Assembly (NCBI GenBank): GCA_020536535.1
Contig: JAHLWZ010000444.1
Location: 1 to 43,443 of the forward strand
Length of the DNA: 43,443 bases
Direction of reading: 5' to 3'
From: Pelomyxa schiedti
Lineage: Eukaryota > Protista > Evosea
Shown one piece after another: positions 32,920-43,443 of this stretch. The position numbers were made by a program, and so were the translations under genes. Position 1 is the first letter of the stretch, and each line of letters starts with the position of its first letter. The notes below the pieces were generated by a model. That model ran no database searches, was not told the DNA's origin, and saw only the letters and a list, made by a program, of their open reading frames with translations.

Positions 32920-34536
32920 ATGCTGCGGTGCCCGGTGCCGCGTTTGGAACCGACACACGGTTCCCTGTCGGCGACCAAGATGGTTGCTTTCGACATTGTC
33001 CCCACAGCGTCGCCTACATCGAGTTCTGGGGTTGAAACGCCGCGAGGGGGGCTGGGGTGCGTAGTTAGTGTTGGCAACAGGCTTGTGTGCGCTTTGGTCC
33101 CCGTTCTTGATGCGTGCTGTGCTGTTGTGGGTCCAACACAACAACCGCAGGTTTTTTTTTTTTTTTTTTAACATATATATAAATATTCATTTAATATTTA
33201 TTTTGGGATGTTTAGGTGAATGAAAGGCAGACTCACCCAATAAACATCACACCAGCAAAGGTTTCTTTCCCACTTCATTCATTTCCCCTTTGAAGGTCAC
33301 ATCTGTGGTAGGTATTTGAGGTTCCTTCTGGTCTTACACACGATATTTGCACTATTGCATCAAACAAAACGTGTACTGGTACAAAGCTTCCTTCCCTTTG
33401 AATCGTCCCTTGACATTCGTGGAACAGCACTTGGCTCCGTTGACAGCAGTGGGGTGGCATCTATTATGGCTATGCCATCATTTGAAGGAGATCCAAGTCT
33501 CACACCTACCGTAATTGCACCCAAGAGGATATCATCAGAACTGGGTTGGGCTGGAATTGCATTCCACACAACCAAGCATGATAATGTACCTTTCCTTACT
33601 CACCTCTGCGTTTCCCTGATTTTAGTAGTTTGCTACTGCTCACCAGTTCAGTAATACAATTTCAGCATATGATGGTGAAAGAGAGATTCGAACACTTTTT
33701 TCCTCCCAGTATCCTAACCAAGTAAACGTTTTCATTTGGGAATTCTGTTCCTGAGATGCTTTAAGATAGACTATCTCAGTTTGTCGCAGTCAGCCGAACC
33801 ACTTTTGTGTGTTGCTGAGTATAATCAATTGTGCATCTATGACTTAAAGGCGCCCTCTCCTTGCATTGCCAGGCTAGCGGTGTGGTGTGACTGGTTTACG
33901 ATCAAGCAATTTGCTAACTTTTTCTTCAGCCCTCTCCACAAGCCCTATTTGCCATGACTGCGGCTGACAGTGTAGTACTTGCAGGCGGTGCGCATCGCCT
34001 TCTACATTGCTATGACTCCCGCAAATGGACTCCCCTTCACTCCATTTCGTGCTCCAAGTTTGCTGTACCTCTCCCCACTCCGTTTCGACTCTTCTCAACA
34101 AAACCCCAGATTACCGGCATAAAAACATCTCCACTGCGGTCATCAATGTGCTTTGTTAGAGACACCTTCACCGAGGTTTTTACCTGCATTTAACAATACT
34201 CCCACAGCTCACTCTATTATATAGCTAGTTGGATGCACCTGGGCCACGCCCACAGCCCCTATTTGCGAGGTTGTGCGATCTGATGGCCGCTGGCTAGGCC
34301 TGCAGGTTCCTCCACAACCCAATAACCACACTCTTGTTAACTTTTTTTTTTTCCCCTCATAGTGCACTGGCAAGGATACCCTCGTGGGATTCACTGATGC
34401 GGGCAGTCTCTATGTATTGCCTGGTGCAACCAGGCACTGCCAACTGGACATTGAAAAGCAACACAAAAGAGCAACAGAAACCTCTAGTGCGGCTGTGGGG
34501 CCTCCGTCAGATAACACCAAACGGCCTAGGCTGTAA
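32920..34536 (+). CDS. WD40/beta-propeller protein, multi-exon
   Basis: Spliced LGWAGIAF, QLCIYDLK, VLAGGAHRLLHCYDSRKW..CSKFA|ITGIK and VRSDGRWLGLQ|CTGKDTLVGFTDAGSLYV. Stop TAA at 34534-34536. Confidence 0.75.
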
Positions 34537-34578
34537 AATCGTTAATTCAAGTCACAAAACACATAGACAATTTTTGTT

Positions 34579-35768
34579 TTATGAGTGAAAAGGCGGTGGT
34601 TGGGTTACAGTTGATTGCGTGTGCTGTGGGGGTGGTGGGGGAAGTTGTTGTAGCTGTTGGGGTGACTGAAGTTGCTGAGGTTGTTGTGGTATGGATGAGT
34701 GTGTGTGTTGTTGTAGGGACAATGTCATGTCCCGTTGTTTGAGAAGCTCTTCTCTTTCAATTTGAAGAGCGTTGTAGTGCTTTTCTAGCTCCTCCAGCTG
34801 CACAACAGTAAGAAAGGGGAATGAATAAGCCAAGAGTGACTATTACCTTGAGCTGGAGTTCCCAGGTGTAATTTGTGAGAGTGTTGACTTTGAGTTGCAA
34901 CTCTAAACGTTCTGTGCTGAGACAGGTGTTGGTTTGCTCAAGAGTTGCAATGTACTCCTTCTTTCTTTTGCGTGATATTGAGGCGGAAATCCTGTTTTTC
35001 GCTCTTCTCTGTGCAAGGCTGTTGTAAAAGTTAGAATTTTGACAACTCAACATCCGTGCTTGGGACAAACCTGTCCTCAGGCAAGTCTTTACTCAGTCTC
35101 TTGGCCACTTTTTTTGACCGTCGAGGACTGTTTGGGTACTCATCAGAAGGAAGCCTAGGTTTTGCGTTAGGAAGCCTGAAGCATGGAGAAGAACAACATA
35201 TTAAGTCCCTCCTGGCTGTATTCAAGAGATGGATCATATCCCTCGATCGAGCTAATCTCTGGTCTGTGGAAACATTTACACAACGTAGTGGAGTAACGTA
35301 GCTCACCCCATGCCTAAGGGCAACTGAGATACCATAGGGGTAGGAACGTACATCCCGCCCGTTGCTGGGTCTATAAGAACACCGCCTTGAGAGTCATAAA
35401 GGAATTGCTGGTGCTGAATGTGACCATTGGCGTGCTGGCCTTGCAGTACCATGTGTTGTGGAAGTGGGTGCTCTACCATAACCAACTGTTGTGGGACAAC
35501 ATTTGAGGAATCCGGCGGTGAGTTGTGTTGTGAGAGGCTCTGTATTTCTTGCTTCATGTCAATGTATTCGTAGTTGTTTTGCTGTACCACCATGCCACCA
35601 GGGCCAACCATAACGCCAACAGGCACGCCGTTGATGCCCACTTGCATTTGTTGTCCCGATATCATGTCTGTAAGATATTTTGTTGGTGCAGTTAGACATA
35701 AAACAGTAATACAAACTGATTTGATCTTGGGTTAGATGGACATGCTGGTGCACATCTCCCGTTGCCAT
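34579..35768 (-). CDS. bZIP transcription factor (CREB/ATF-like basic region), Gln-rich
   Basis: RRAKNRISASISRKRKKEYIATLE followed by a Leu heptad zipper. Q/P-rich N- and C-terminal regions. In-frame intron after MATGDVHQHVHLTQDQI. Confidence 0.85.
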
Positions 35769-36182
35769 TCTTCCTTATTCGCCACCTTCGTCAAAAATGA
35801 ATTTACTGCATCTCTACTAGGACTATTCACAAAAATATAATATATTTGCAAGCACCATAAATCTAACTACGACGGTCATCCTCGGGTGCACCGGTTTTTT
35901 AAAATTTATGTTCGAATTTTAAGGATAACATTCGACATTAACGCGCAGGGGAATTATATCGCGTCATTAATTAATTGCTTTAATACCTCGTCAGCAACGT
36001 CACAGCCGACGTGTAAATTTTCACTATTTTTTTTCCTCCTTGTTTCTATCTGGTGATTAGCATCTCTACCGGGCGTAGAAGATAGAAAGAAATGCAAGAA
36101 AAAAAAAAATAAAACGATCCATGATGTGATGGGTGTCGCGTGCTCCCATCATTGAGGCTGTGTCCCGCTTCCCATTGTACAG

Positions 36183-36684
36183 GCCCGCCATAAAACATTC
36201 CGTGACACTCGCCTCGGAGTTACCTATTTTATCAGCAATGTACACACAATGTGACGGCAAAGTTGCACACATTCCTTCAACTTCGGGACACATGTGATGA
36301 GAACGCACGCTTGGCACTACTTTACGTTCCTACAGACTAAATGCAACATATATGACACAATTTACAAAACTTTAGAATACCCCGACACAGCAGCCTATGA
36401 CACCAATTGTGCACAAGAACCTGGAAATTGGCAATACAAACTGGTCTTTGACAGACCTCCTATCTGGGTGGAATCTACTAGCTTCGCGTTGAATCTTGCC
36501 ATACACAAACTCTGATATTTGCCGTTCGAACGCTGCACAGTGCACTGTGTTGTTGTTTATCATCCCAAACAAGGAAAGCATGTCGAATCCAGCTTCAATC
36601 ACAGCTCTGTTCCATGAAAGCACCTATTTAGGCACAACACGAAACCCTTCCGCAATCATTTCCATGTTTAAACAAAACCTTTGA
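36183..36684 (+). CDS. Small uncharacterised three-exon ORF (start codon not resolved)
   Basis: Exons 36183-36239, 36336-36467 and 36541-36684 join in frame through GT-AG introns, giving ARHKTFRDTRLGVTYFISN|TKCNIYDTIYKTLEYPD..FDRPPIW|CTVLLFIIPN..MFKQNL*. Confidence 0.4.
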
Positions 36685-36912
36685 TGGGTTGTGTTGCCCC
36701 TACAACAAGATAGAAAAATTTGGTACCAATCTTCTCGTAAAATCTGCCCATCAGAAAACCTAAAATAGCGTGGTTGCTGTGTCCCTTTAAAAATTTGGCG
36801 TCATTTAAGTGTAAAGGCAAGAAAAGAAGAAATCAAACATTTTGTATTAAAAAAACACTCCAGCGAAGTTCGCTTCTGCGGCACCCCTACAACCGAAAAA
36901 AACTAATCGAAG

Positions 36913-37488
36913 ATGGTCGACGTTTCTGATCCCGCAATCGTTGAGGCCTACAAGGAGATCCGCAAAAACGGAAGCGCAACAAACTGGATGACCCTCGACT
37001 ACGAAACACCCAAAAGAATCAAGTTTTGCGCCAAGGGCGAGGGTGGCATTGATGAGATGGTTGCATCGCTCCCCGAAGATCAAGTTCGCTACGGATACGC
37101 GAGGGTCGAATTCACCCACAGCGGCGACGAGCTCACCAAGCGCGTCAAGTTTGTCTTCTTCTCATGGGGCCCACCACGAGTACGTTTTTTTTTGTTTTGT
37201 TTTCTTCATATCAACAAATACTTGATTTTTATTAGTTTAAACTCAAAAACTACCGTAATGTGCAACACTTTAACGTATTAAGTTAGCCTTTGATTTTGTA
37301 ACCGAAACTAACCAACGGGTTTTTTTTTTTTTGTGTAGGCACCAGCTCTTCGCAAGGGCAACATGAGTGTACATCTTCCCGCTGTTAAGGAGGTTCTTCG
37401 CGATTCCTCCATCAGTCTTCAGGCTAGCGTACCCGAGGAGATTTCCGCCGATGTAATCAGGGAGAAGCTCGACAGATCCAACTACTAG
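36913..37488 (+). CDS. Coactosin-like ADF-H actin-binding protein (2 exons)
   Basis: MVDVSDPAIVEAYKEIR..NWMTLDYE..GEGGIDEM..YGYARV..KRVKFVFFSWGP|..LRKGNMSVHLPAVKEVL..EKL, a full ADF-H domain. Confidence 0.9.
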
Positions 37489-37619
37489 AAAGAGAGGAAG
37501 CCCCCAGTTTCTTTCTTTTTTTATTGTACCTGGCAGCGTATCACCGGTGTCGTACAATAAAAAAAAAGAACCAAAAAAAATTGATAGTTGTCTGTTTTTT
37601 CTGAACAATTTTTCCTTTC

Positions 37620-38896
37620 CTATGGGTCTTTTTCTTTTATGTTGTCCTTTGGCGTTGCTTCTTGGGTGGGTTCTGTGGGCATAGTGTGTTCTGTGGAGCT
37701 GTTCTCTGCCTCTTGTTGGAGTGCTGTTGTTTCCTCAATTTGCTTGATAATAGTCTCGAGAGGAGGTCGTGTGGGTACTGCAGTTGTGGAAGTTGCTAAA
37801 ACTCCAGTCTGCATTTTGACCATTCTGTCATACATCACAATAGCACCCGCAACGGCGATGTTGTAGCTGTGTGCTCGCACACATGGAATTGATACCACAA
37901 AGTGGCACGAGGCAAGAACACTTGCTGGAATTCCAAATTCCTCCGAGCCAAGGAGATATACACAGTTTTTTGGGTGTTGAAATGTTTCTAATGGCTAGAG
38001 TAAAGTTAGGGTATAGTATTAGTTTAGAGAAGGAACAAAGGCATACTTGGCCTCCCATTTCTACTGCTACAAGTGGGGTAGAAAACGGAGCGGCAGTGAC
38101 AAAATCCTCCCACGCGTTAAATCTCCATGCGGGAACAGTCTTAAATGCCGCAATACAATCTTCACTTTCTACAAACCCGTGTCTAGCACCGATGGTGAAG
38201 ATGAACGAGGCACCCAGCTGGTGTGCAGTGCGCCATAAAACTGCATGGCTTTGTGATCTACGACCTCTGTGTATGCCAATCCCAAAGAATCCAGCATCAC
38301 TGTAGGATGAATCGCTGTTGACCTTTGGCCTCGCACGTGCTACAGCCGCAGCATACGAGGGCCGTTCGGACAATTCCACATCAACAACGTCATCCGGGAC
38401 CTCATACGACATAATTCTCGAATCAGGCATACTTCCATCCGCAACTGGCGGAACCAAAGCGACATATCCACCTAGTTTCTTATTATACCACTGTAGTAGA
38501 GAATTAGAGAAAAAGCAAGATAGCAGGGGAGCGAGAACCACGAATAAAGGCCACCCAAAACCAATAACAAAAACGAAATGGGGGAAAAAAAAAAAAAAAA
38601 ACACTCACATTGGGCTCGAACCTGTCCAAATCAATCCCCTTGGTCGCCAGTGCACTCCACACCTCCGATGACATCAACCACCAGCAGTTCTTGGCCCCAA
38701 CTTCCACATGGCCACCATCACCAATCGTCGGGCCTGAGTTGATGTAGTCGGCTGCAGTACGCGAAGGGGCGTGTCGTTTCACGTAGACGATTTTTCCACG
38801 AGAGGCCTTGTCGCCGGCGTAGAAGTACCTCACCGGGTGGACGTCGCTTATGGGATTCCCTGTGTTTCTGATGGCGGCGGTGTCGTTGCTGTCCAT
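37620..38896 (-). CDS. SpoU/TrmH-family RNA 2'-O-methyltransferase with N-terminal extension
   Basis: GFFGIGI..LWRTAHQLGASFIFTIG, LVAVEMGG, HPKNCVYLLGSEEFGIP and VSIPCVRAHSYNIAVAGAIVMYDR (SPOUT motifs). Confidence 0.85.
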
Positions 38897-38986
38897 GTGC
38901 CGTGGCTGTCTTTCTATTCTATGGGTCTATTTGCTGCGACAAACAACGAGAACGGGGCAAAAAAAAAAAAACAAAAATAAAGGCAA
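38897..38986. promoter_or_regulatory. Putative 90-bp bidirectional promoter, SpoU / SAPS
   Basis: Divergent ATGs at 38896 (-) and 38987 (+). Confidence 0.4.
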
Positions 38987-41626
38987 ATGTCAGGGGAGAA
39001 CGCAATTCCCGGCGAAGGTGTCGTTGTTGGTGGAGATCGTCGAACTGGTGATTTTTTAGCACAAAGGTTGGCTGCGTTGTCGCCTGTGGACGCTGTATTG
39101 GACAGGCCAGATTGCACTGTAGCGGATCTGCTGGACTTGGACGATCTGTTGGACGAGTGGCGGTCACAACAAAATACGAGGCTCATGGATTTGTATGCAA
39201 AAAAAATTTCAAAAAAAATAAATTCAAACTAAATAATAAAAGCAAACATTACGAGTTTAATCCGTAAACTACAAGTTTGACGAGTCCTGAGAGTCTGGAC
39301 AATTTGGTTGGTTATCTAGTAACTGAGTGCCCACCTGATTCTGATCCAAAACTTGCCTACAAGTGTGCTTGCGGCATACATACCGAGTTTTTCGTGTATT
39401 TACCGAAATACAGGTATCCCTATTTGTGCTGTGAGATACTGTGTACTGATGCTCCCGCTCTGAATTCAGCTATAATGCGACAAGATACCGCACTGGGTAA
39501 CTTGATTTCTGTTCTCGAAGGCACACCCAAGTCACCCCATCTTGCAAATTACGGCACACGTGTACTGCAGTCCCTTATAGAACGCTGCTCAACACAGGTT
39601 TGAGAGAAGCGCTTTATGTGAATACTTCACCTAATCGAAACAGATTGTCTTGGCCTTCAAGAGCAGACCTGGAATAATACAGAGACTCGCAAACAATCTC
39701 ACAGTACCTGGTGTAATAGAATTCCTTCAAAAGTTGCTCCTTGTAGAGTCAAAAGACCCGGCCATGGCGGGCACAACTCAAGTATGCACAAGTACCTTGA
39801 CCCAACTGACTGATTACTAAACTTTTTAATTTTAGTGGATTTGCGATCAAAATATTATTGGCGAATTGATAAATGAGCTTGACTTCAGCAAATTTAACTG
39901 TGATGTAGGTTTGGCCTTTTTGAGTCGAGTGAAATTTATAATTTCAAGGTAAATGAATGTGCATCCCAGATGCTGTGCGATATTCTCTCAGCACCTATGG
40001 TGGTGTCTTCTGTTGTTCTGGATTCCATCCAGAGTGATAGTTGCTCAAAGAGTTTGTTTCATTGCTTGTTCACACCAATTTCTCCACAGGTAATACTTCT
40101 CATTGAAACATTCTCACACACTTCAATACAATTTCTTACTCATAACCAAATGAACTGCAGAATGAAAAACAACTTGTTTATGCATTACAACCAGTTGTTT
40201 CCATTTTGGAAAAAACGTGCAAACTGGAGTACGATTCTTCTACTACAATCAATCAACTTCCCTGTATCCATAAGATGATCGTAACGAATGTGGCGAAGAT
40301 AGACTCATTACTATTGGTGACCTTCTTGTTATTTATTTTTTTTATAACTGGGTCATCTAGACTCCACCTCCAAGCCAGATTACTTCCGGCATTGGAGAAC
40401 CTACCTTCATTCTCGGTAATCTGCGTTTGCAGTTGGTGGAACTTGTTGTTGCACTAGTCAAATCCAACTTTAAGTCTATTCTCGACTTTTTAATCACACA
40501 AAATATTCTGCTGACTATAACAGTTATCCCCTTCCCCATTCGCGCGCTCCATTGCACTTCATATCATCTTAACCGACTCACTGACTGCTCAAGGTCAGTC
40601 CATGTTCTTCCAATTTGAATGGAACTCCTTGTTACATCAGTCGATGCAAGAGCTAATGTTTTATGTCTTTGATTCCCCTCACGAAGAGATTAAATTATAT
40701 GTATGGGAAATTATAGCTGATTTATTTAATAAACATAAAGATGGTTACAACAGCAAATTGGCCAAACCGGATTCTCGCTGCTCATAACCGGAACTGCACA
40801 TTCATGTACTTTTCCCTAACTTTTCCCTTGTCTGATCTGACTTAGAAAACAAACAAATGTATCCTACGACTATGTTGCGTGCATGTCTTGCATTGCACAT
40901 TTGATTTGTAAATTTGTTTCCCTTCATCCAGATAAAAATATTGTATCACAAGTATCTGGTATGTCAAAAACGCATTGCATCCATGTAACTGGAGACAGGA
41001 CTTCCTGGGTGGAACGATTTCATGACTTCTTGCGTTGATCCAACCATCAAAAACGACACCGAATTGCTTGGGGGAAAACGGCCTACCCTGGCCCCTGAGT
41101 GTATCCACTCACTACCTAATTTTTGTTTCTCACTTTGGCTAGCAATAGAAGACGGTGTGCAACAAGTACTTGAAGACTATTCCATTGTATTCCCAGAAGA
41201 AATTGACGATAATTATGATCCAAATTTTCAGGGGTACATTTTTTCACACAGTTCCAACCCCTGAATGATTTGGTAGAAACCTAAATTTCGATCCTTCTGC
41301 GGAATTTGACTCACGGAAGATTTTCACCACTGATGAAAAACCTGTTCGTGCTCTCCACTTTTTCCTGGTCCTCCTTACGTGGAACACAGTTTAAATTTGA
41401 TTCTGGGCTTTATTCTTGCATTGATCCCGCCTCTATCACATATGACGATGAGGAAGACCCCTCCAACATAAACACAGAGTCTGCAGAAGAAAGCTGTGAT
41501 GCCACTGATTCCACTGCAACAAACACTCCCTCTCTATCACGTAGTGAGGCAGTTGATGCCGATGGTGGTGAGGAAAAGAAACCCCCTTCCGATAGTGAGG
41601 ACCTTCCCCACAGTCACAGTCAATAA
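38987..41626 (+). CDS. SIT4/PP6 phosphatase-associated protein (SAPS domain), multi-exon
   Basis: VDAVLDRPDCTVADLLDLDDLLDEWRSQ.NTRLMD|FLT, LAYK|YPYLCCEILC, RLGNLRLQLVELVVALV, F..FEWNSLLHQ and an acidic C-terminal tail. Confidence 0.85.
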
Positions 41627-41765
41627 ACAACCAAATGTACAAACCAACGAAATAAGAAAAAAGTTTTGCAAAAAACTCCAACAATTCCCGTCTGAGTTAA
41701 GTGCCTTTTTTCCTTTTTGTTTTGTGGTTTTCGGTTCTGGGAGAGCGACTTTCGCCCCCGCTTGC

Positions 41766-42900
41766 ATGACCTCTTCTGACGCCAGAAGTCTGTGTCTTCG
41801 CCAACTTATGGGTTGTTGTGAGGGATACTGCACAAAAAGGGTGCAGACAATCACCAGTGTCGATTTTGAAATCTGTAAAAAAATAATTCCCTCTCCTTGT
41901 AACTGGTCGTGTCTGCCTGATTGTCAATGAACCGGACTCTTTCTCCCCGCCTGGCAGACACAGAAAAAAAAGATGGGGGTTTACTGGAGTGTGGTTTCCA
42001 AATAAATAAAAAAATAGAAGTGAGGGGCCGTTTTTTTCAGTGTGTAATGTTTTAGGCTGCCTCGTTAATGAGCTCCAAATTGACGGAACCAGGAGTACAC
42101 GTCACGGCGAGGTAAGATAGAAACGGAGATTCTTTTGTTCAAGTTTTCCCCAGTGCCAGCAAAACGGAAGAGAAGGAGGTAATGAAGGAAAAGGAATATC
42201 CAATGGGTACCTGCGCAGTCTCAAACAACCAACCTACTCTTGAGTAGTGCGCTAAGCGCTGACCCTCCAGAGATTGGAGGTTATCAGAAATCGGCTCTTT
42301 TTTTTTTTCCTTTTGAAAAACCACTTACAGTGCTGTGGATGCCATCAACAAAGTGGTGACTGAAAGTTGTGTTGTTTATTGATTTAATATTAGGGGGAAG
42401 TCAGGCAGCCCTGTTAAGTGTTCTTGTACAAAAGGGTCAATGTAGTATCTGTCGTTCTCTTGAGCACAATAAGACACGATGCCCTGAAAACCCTGCAAAC
42501 CAAGTGCAATCACAATGCACTCAAACTTCATCTCAGCTTTTTCTTGATTTGATTGAAACTCTTGCTGAAAAACTCTGGGTACCAGCAACATATATTGCCA
42601 TTCTTCTTAACGGATTTGCAAAGGGTATCATGTTCTGGCTAACTGTGCTTTTAGTCACCCACATTTATTATGGACCCAGTGTCTCCATCAAGGAATTGGA
42701 AAATGGCAAACTAAAGTGCTTTATCAAAAAAAAGTGATTTTCACAGGCAGCACACCTGATGGCTCTTTCATATTATGCCAAAGTTGCAGCAAATCGAAAG
42801 AAGAAGATCATTAACATCCTCACAAATATCCCAAATTTAACCACAAGAACTACTCGTCTGGTTTGGAATGCAATATCAGGTGGCACTGTGCTCAGAAACA
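41766..42900 (+). CDS. Uncharacterised multi-exon gene containing a CCHC zinc knuckle
   Basis: CSICRSLEHNKTRC (Cx2Cx4Hx4C) at 42441-42482 and several good plus-strand splice sites (e.g. GAG|GTAAGA..CCCCAG). The full model is not resolved. Confidence 0.35.
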
Positions 42901-43188
42901 GCTCCTAATTGGGATCTCTATGCTGCCAGCAAAGAATCCTCCTCCTCCATCTCCACAAAGGCAGCAACTTACACACGCATCCTCTGCAGCTGGCTCCATA
43001 GGTTCGACCAATGCACACTCTCTTTGATCCTGATTGGCGCTCCACTTTGCGTTTTTCGCGGCTGTCGCAGCTTTTTTCGCGGATTTGATCAAATATGATC
43101 GCTGTCTTCTAACCTAACCCGCTAAACAACAAAACTTTATTTCCATTCTAAAACTTCGAATTTTTCGAAGGTGGGGGGGGGTCTAGAA

Positions 43189-43255
43189 GTGCGCTCCCCA
43201 TTGGATATTGAGTCCCAAAACCAGTAGGTACCGGGTTCGATTCCCACTGCGCACT
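43189..43255 (+). tRNA. Degenerate tRNA-like element (pseudo-tRNA or Pol III B-box element)
   Basis: Ends pair (GTGCGC / GCGCAC), T-loop/B-box GGGTTCGATTCCC is present, and a T-run follows ~30 nt downstream. It is too short and the D and anticodon arms do not fold cleanly. Confidence 0.3.
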
Positions 43256-43443
43256 GGCCCGGATGGTTCAAGAGTCGAATTCTTTTTTTTTTTCCCCCCC
43301 AACTCAAAGGCAAGTCGAAAGGGTGTTACTGTTGATTTTTTTGTGGGTCACGGGTGTATGGTATGGTTGGTGACACATGGTAGTACACAGGGTGAGGACC
43401 ATGACAAAGTACTGACAGTGAAAGTCAATAAAACATAGCGCAA

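Noticed and set aside
33140-33215. Very AT-rich stretch as a transposon end or insertion boundary for the kinase gene
   Set aside because: It is the first intron of the WD40 gene (GT..AG, in frame).
36372-36623. Minus-strand ORF with RFHPDR (J-domain-like HPD)
   Set aside because: No flanking J-domain helices, and it overlaps a better-supported spliced plus-strand ORF.
43257-43265. GCCCGGATG matching the 5' end of vertebrate tRNA-Sec
   Set aside because: Only 9 nt match, and the following sequence cannot form the tRNA-Sec arms.
1-43443. CRISPR arrays, rRNA genes, LTR/TIR elements, prokaryotic operons
   Set aside because: No regularly spaced repeats, rRNA-like sequence, RT/integrase/transposase ORFs or intronless operon structure were seen.

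Overview
Gene-dense, intron-rich eukaryotic DNA with mostly 40-100 nt GT-AG introns and very short intergenic gaps. The gene content (coactosin, RapGAP, ABCA, TRIM-like E3s, Cdc123-like ATP-grasp) suggests a free-living protist, probably an amoebozoan such as Pelomyxa; this is inference only. About 18 spliced genes were reconstructed by hand, so internal exon boundaries are approximate. Housekeeping genes: TAF8, AP-2 alpha-adaptin, ABCA, WD40, bZIP, coactosin, SpoU methylase, SAPS/PP6R and SAM-RapGAP. Notable points: (1) Three TRIM-like RING-Bbox-Bbox-coiled-coil genes end in non-canonical C-terminal modules, two with FN3 plus a polyglycine domain and one with a beta-sandwich encoded by DNA with near-100% GC3. 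(2) A ~4.1 kb block is duplicated next to a 100-N gap; its TRIM copies differ in the loops between glycine runs while the adjacent SAM exons differ only synonymously. (3) A 22.6-32.8 kb run carries TRIM, a KTEL-tailed TPR-GT61, a Cdc123-like ATP-grasp and a Crinkler-type nuclease-kinase. No CRISPR array, rRNA or intact transposon was seen.
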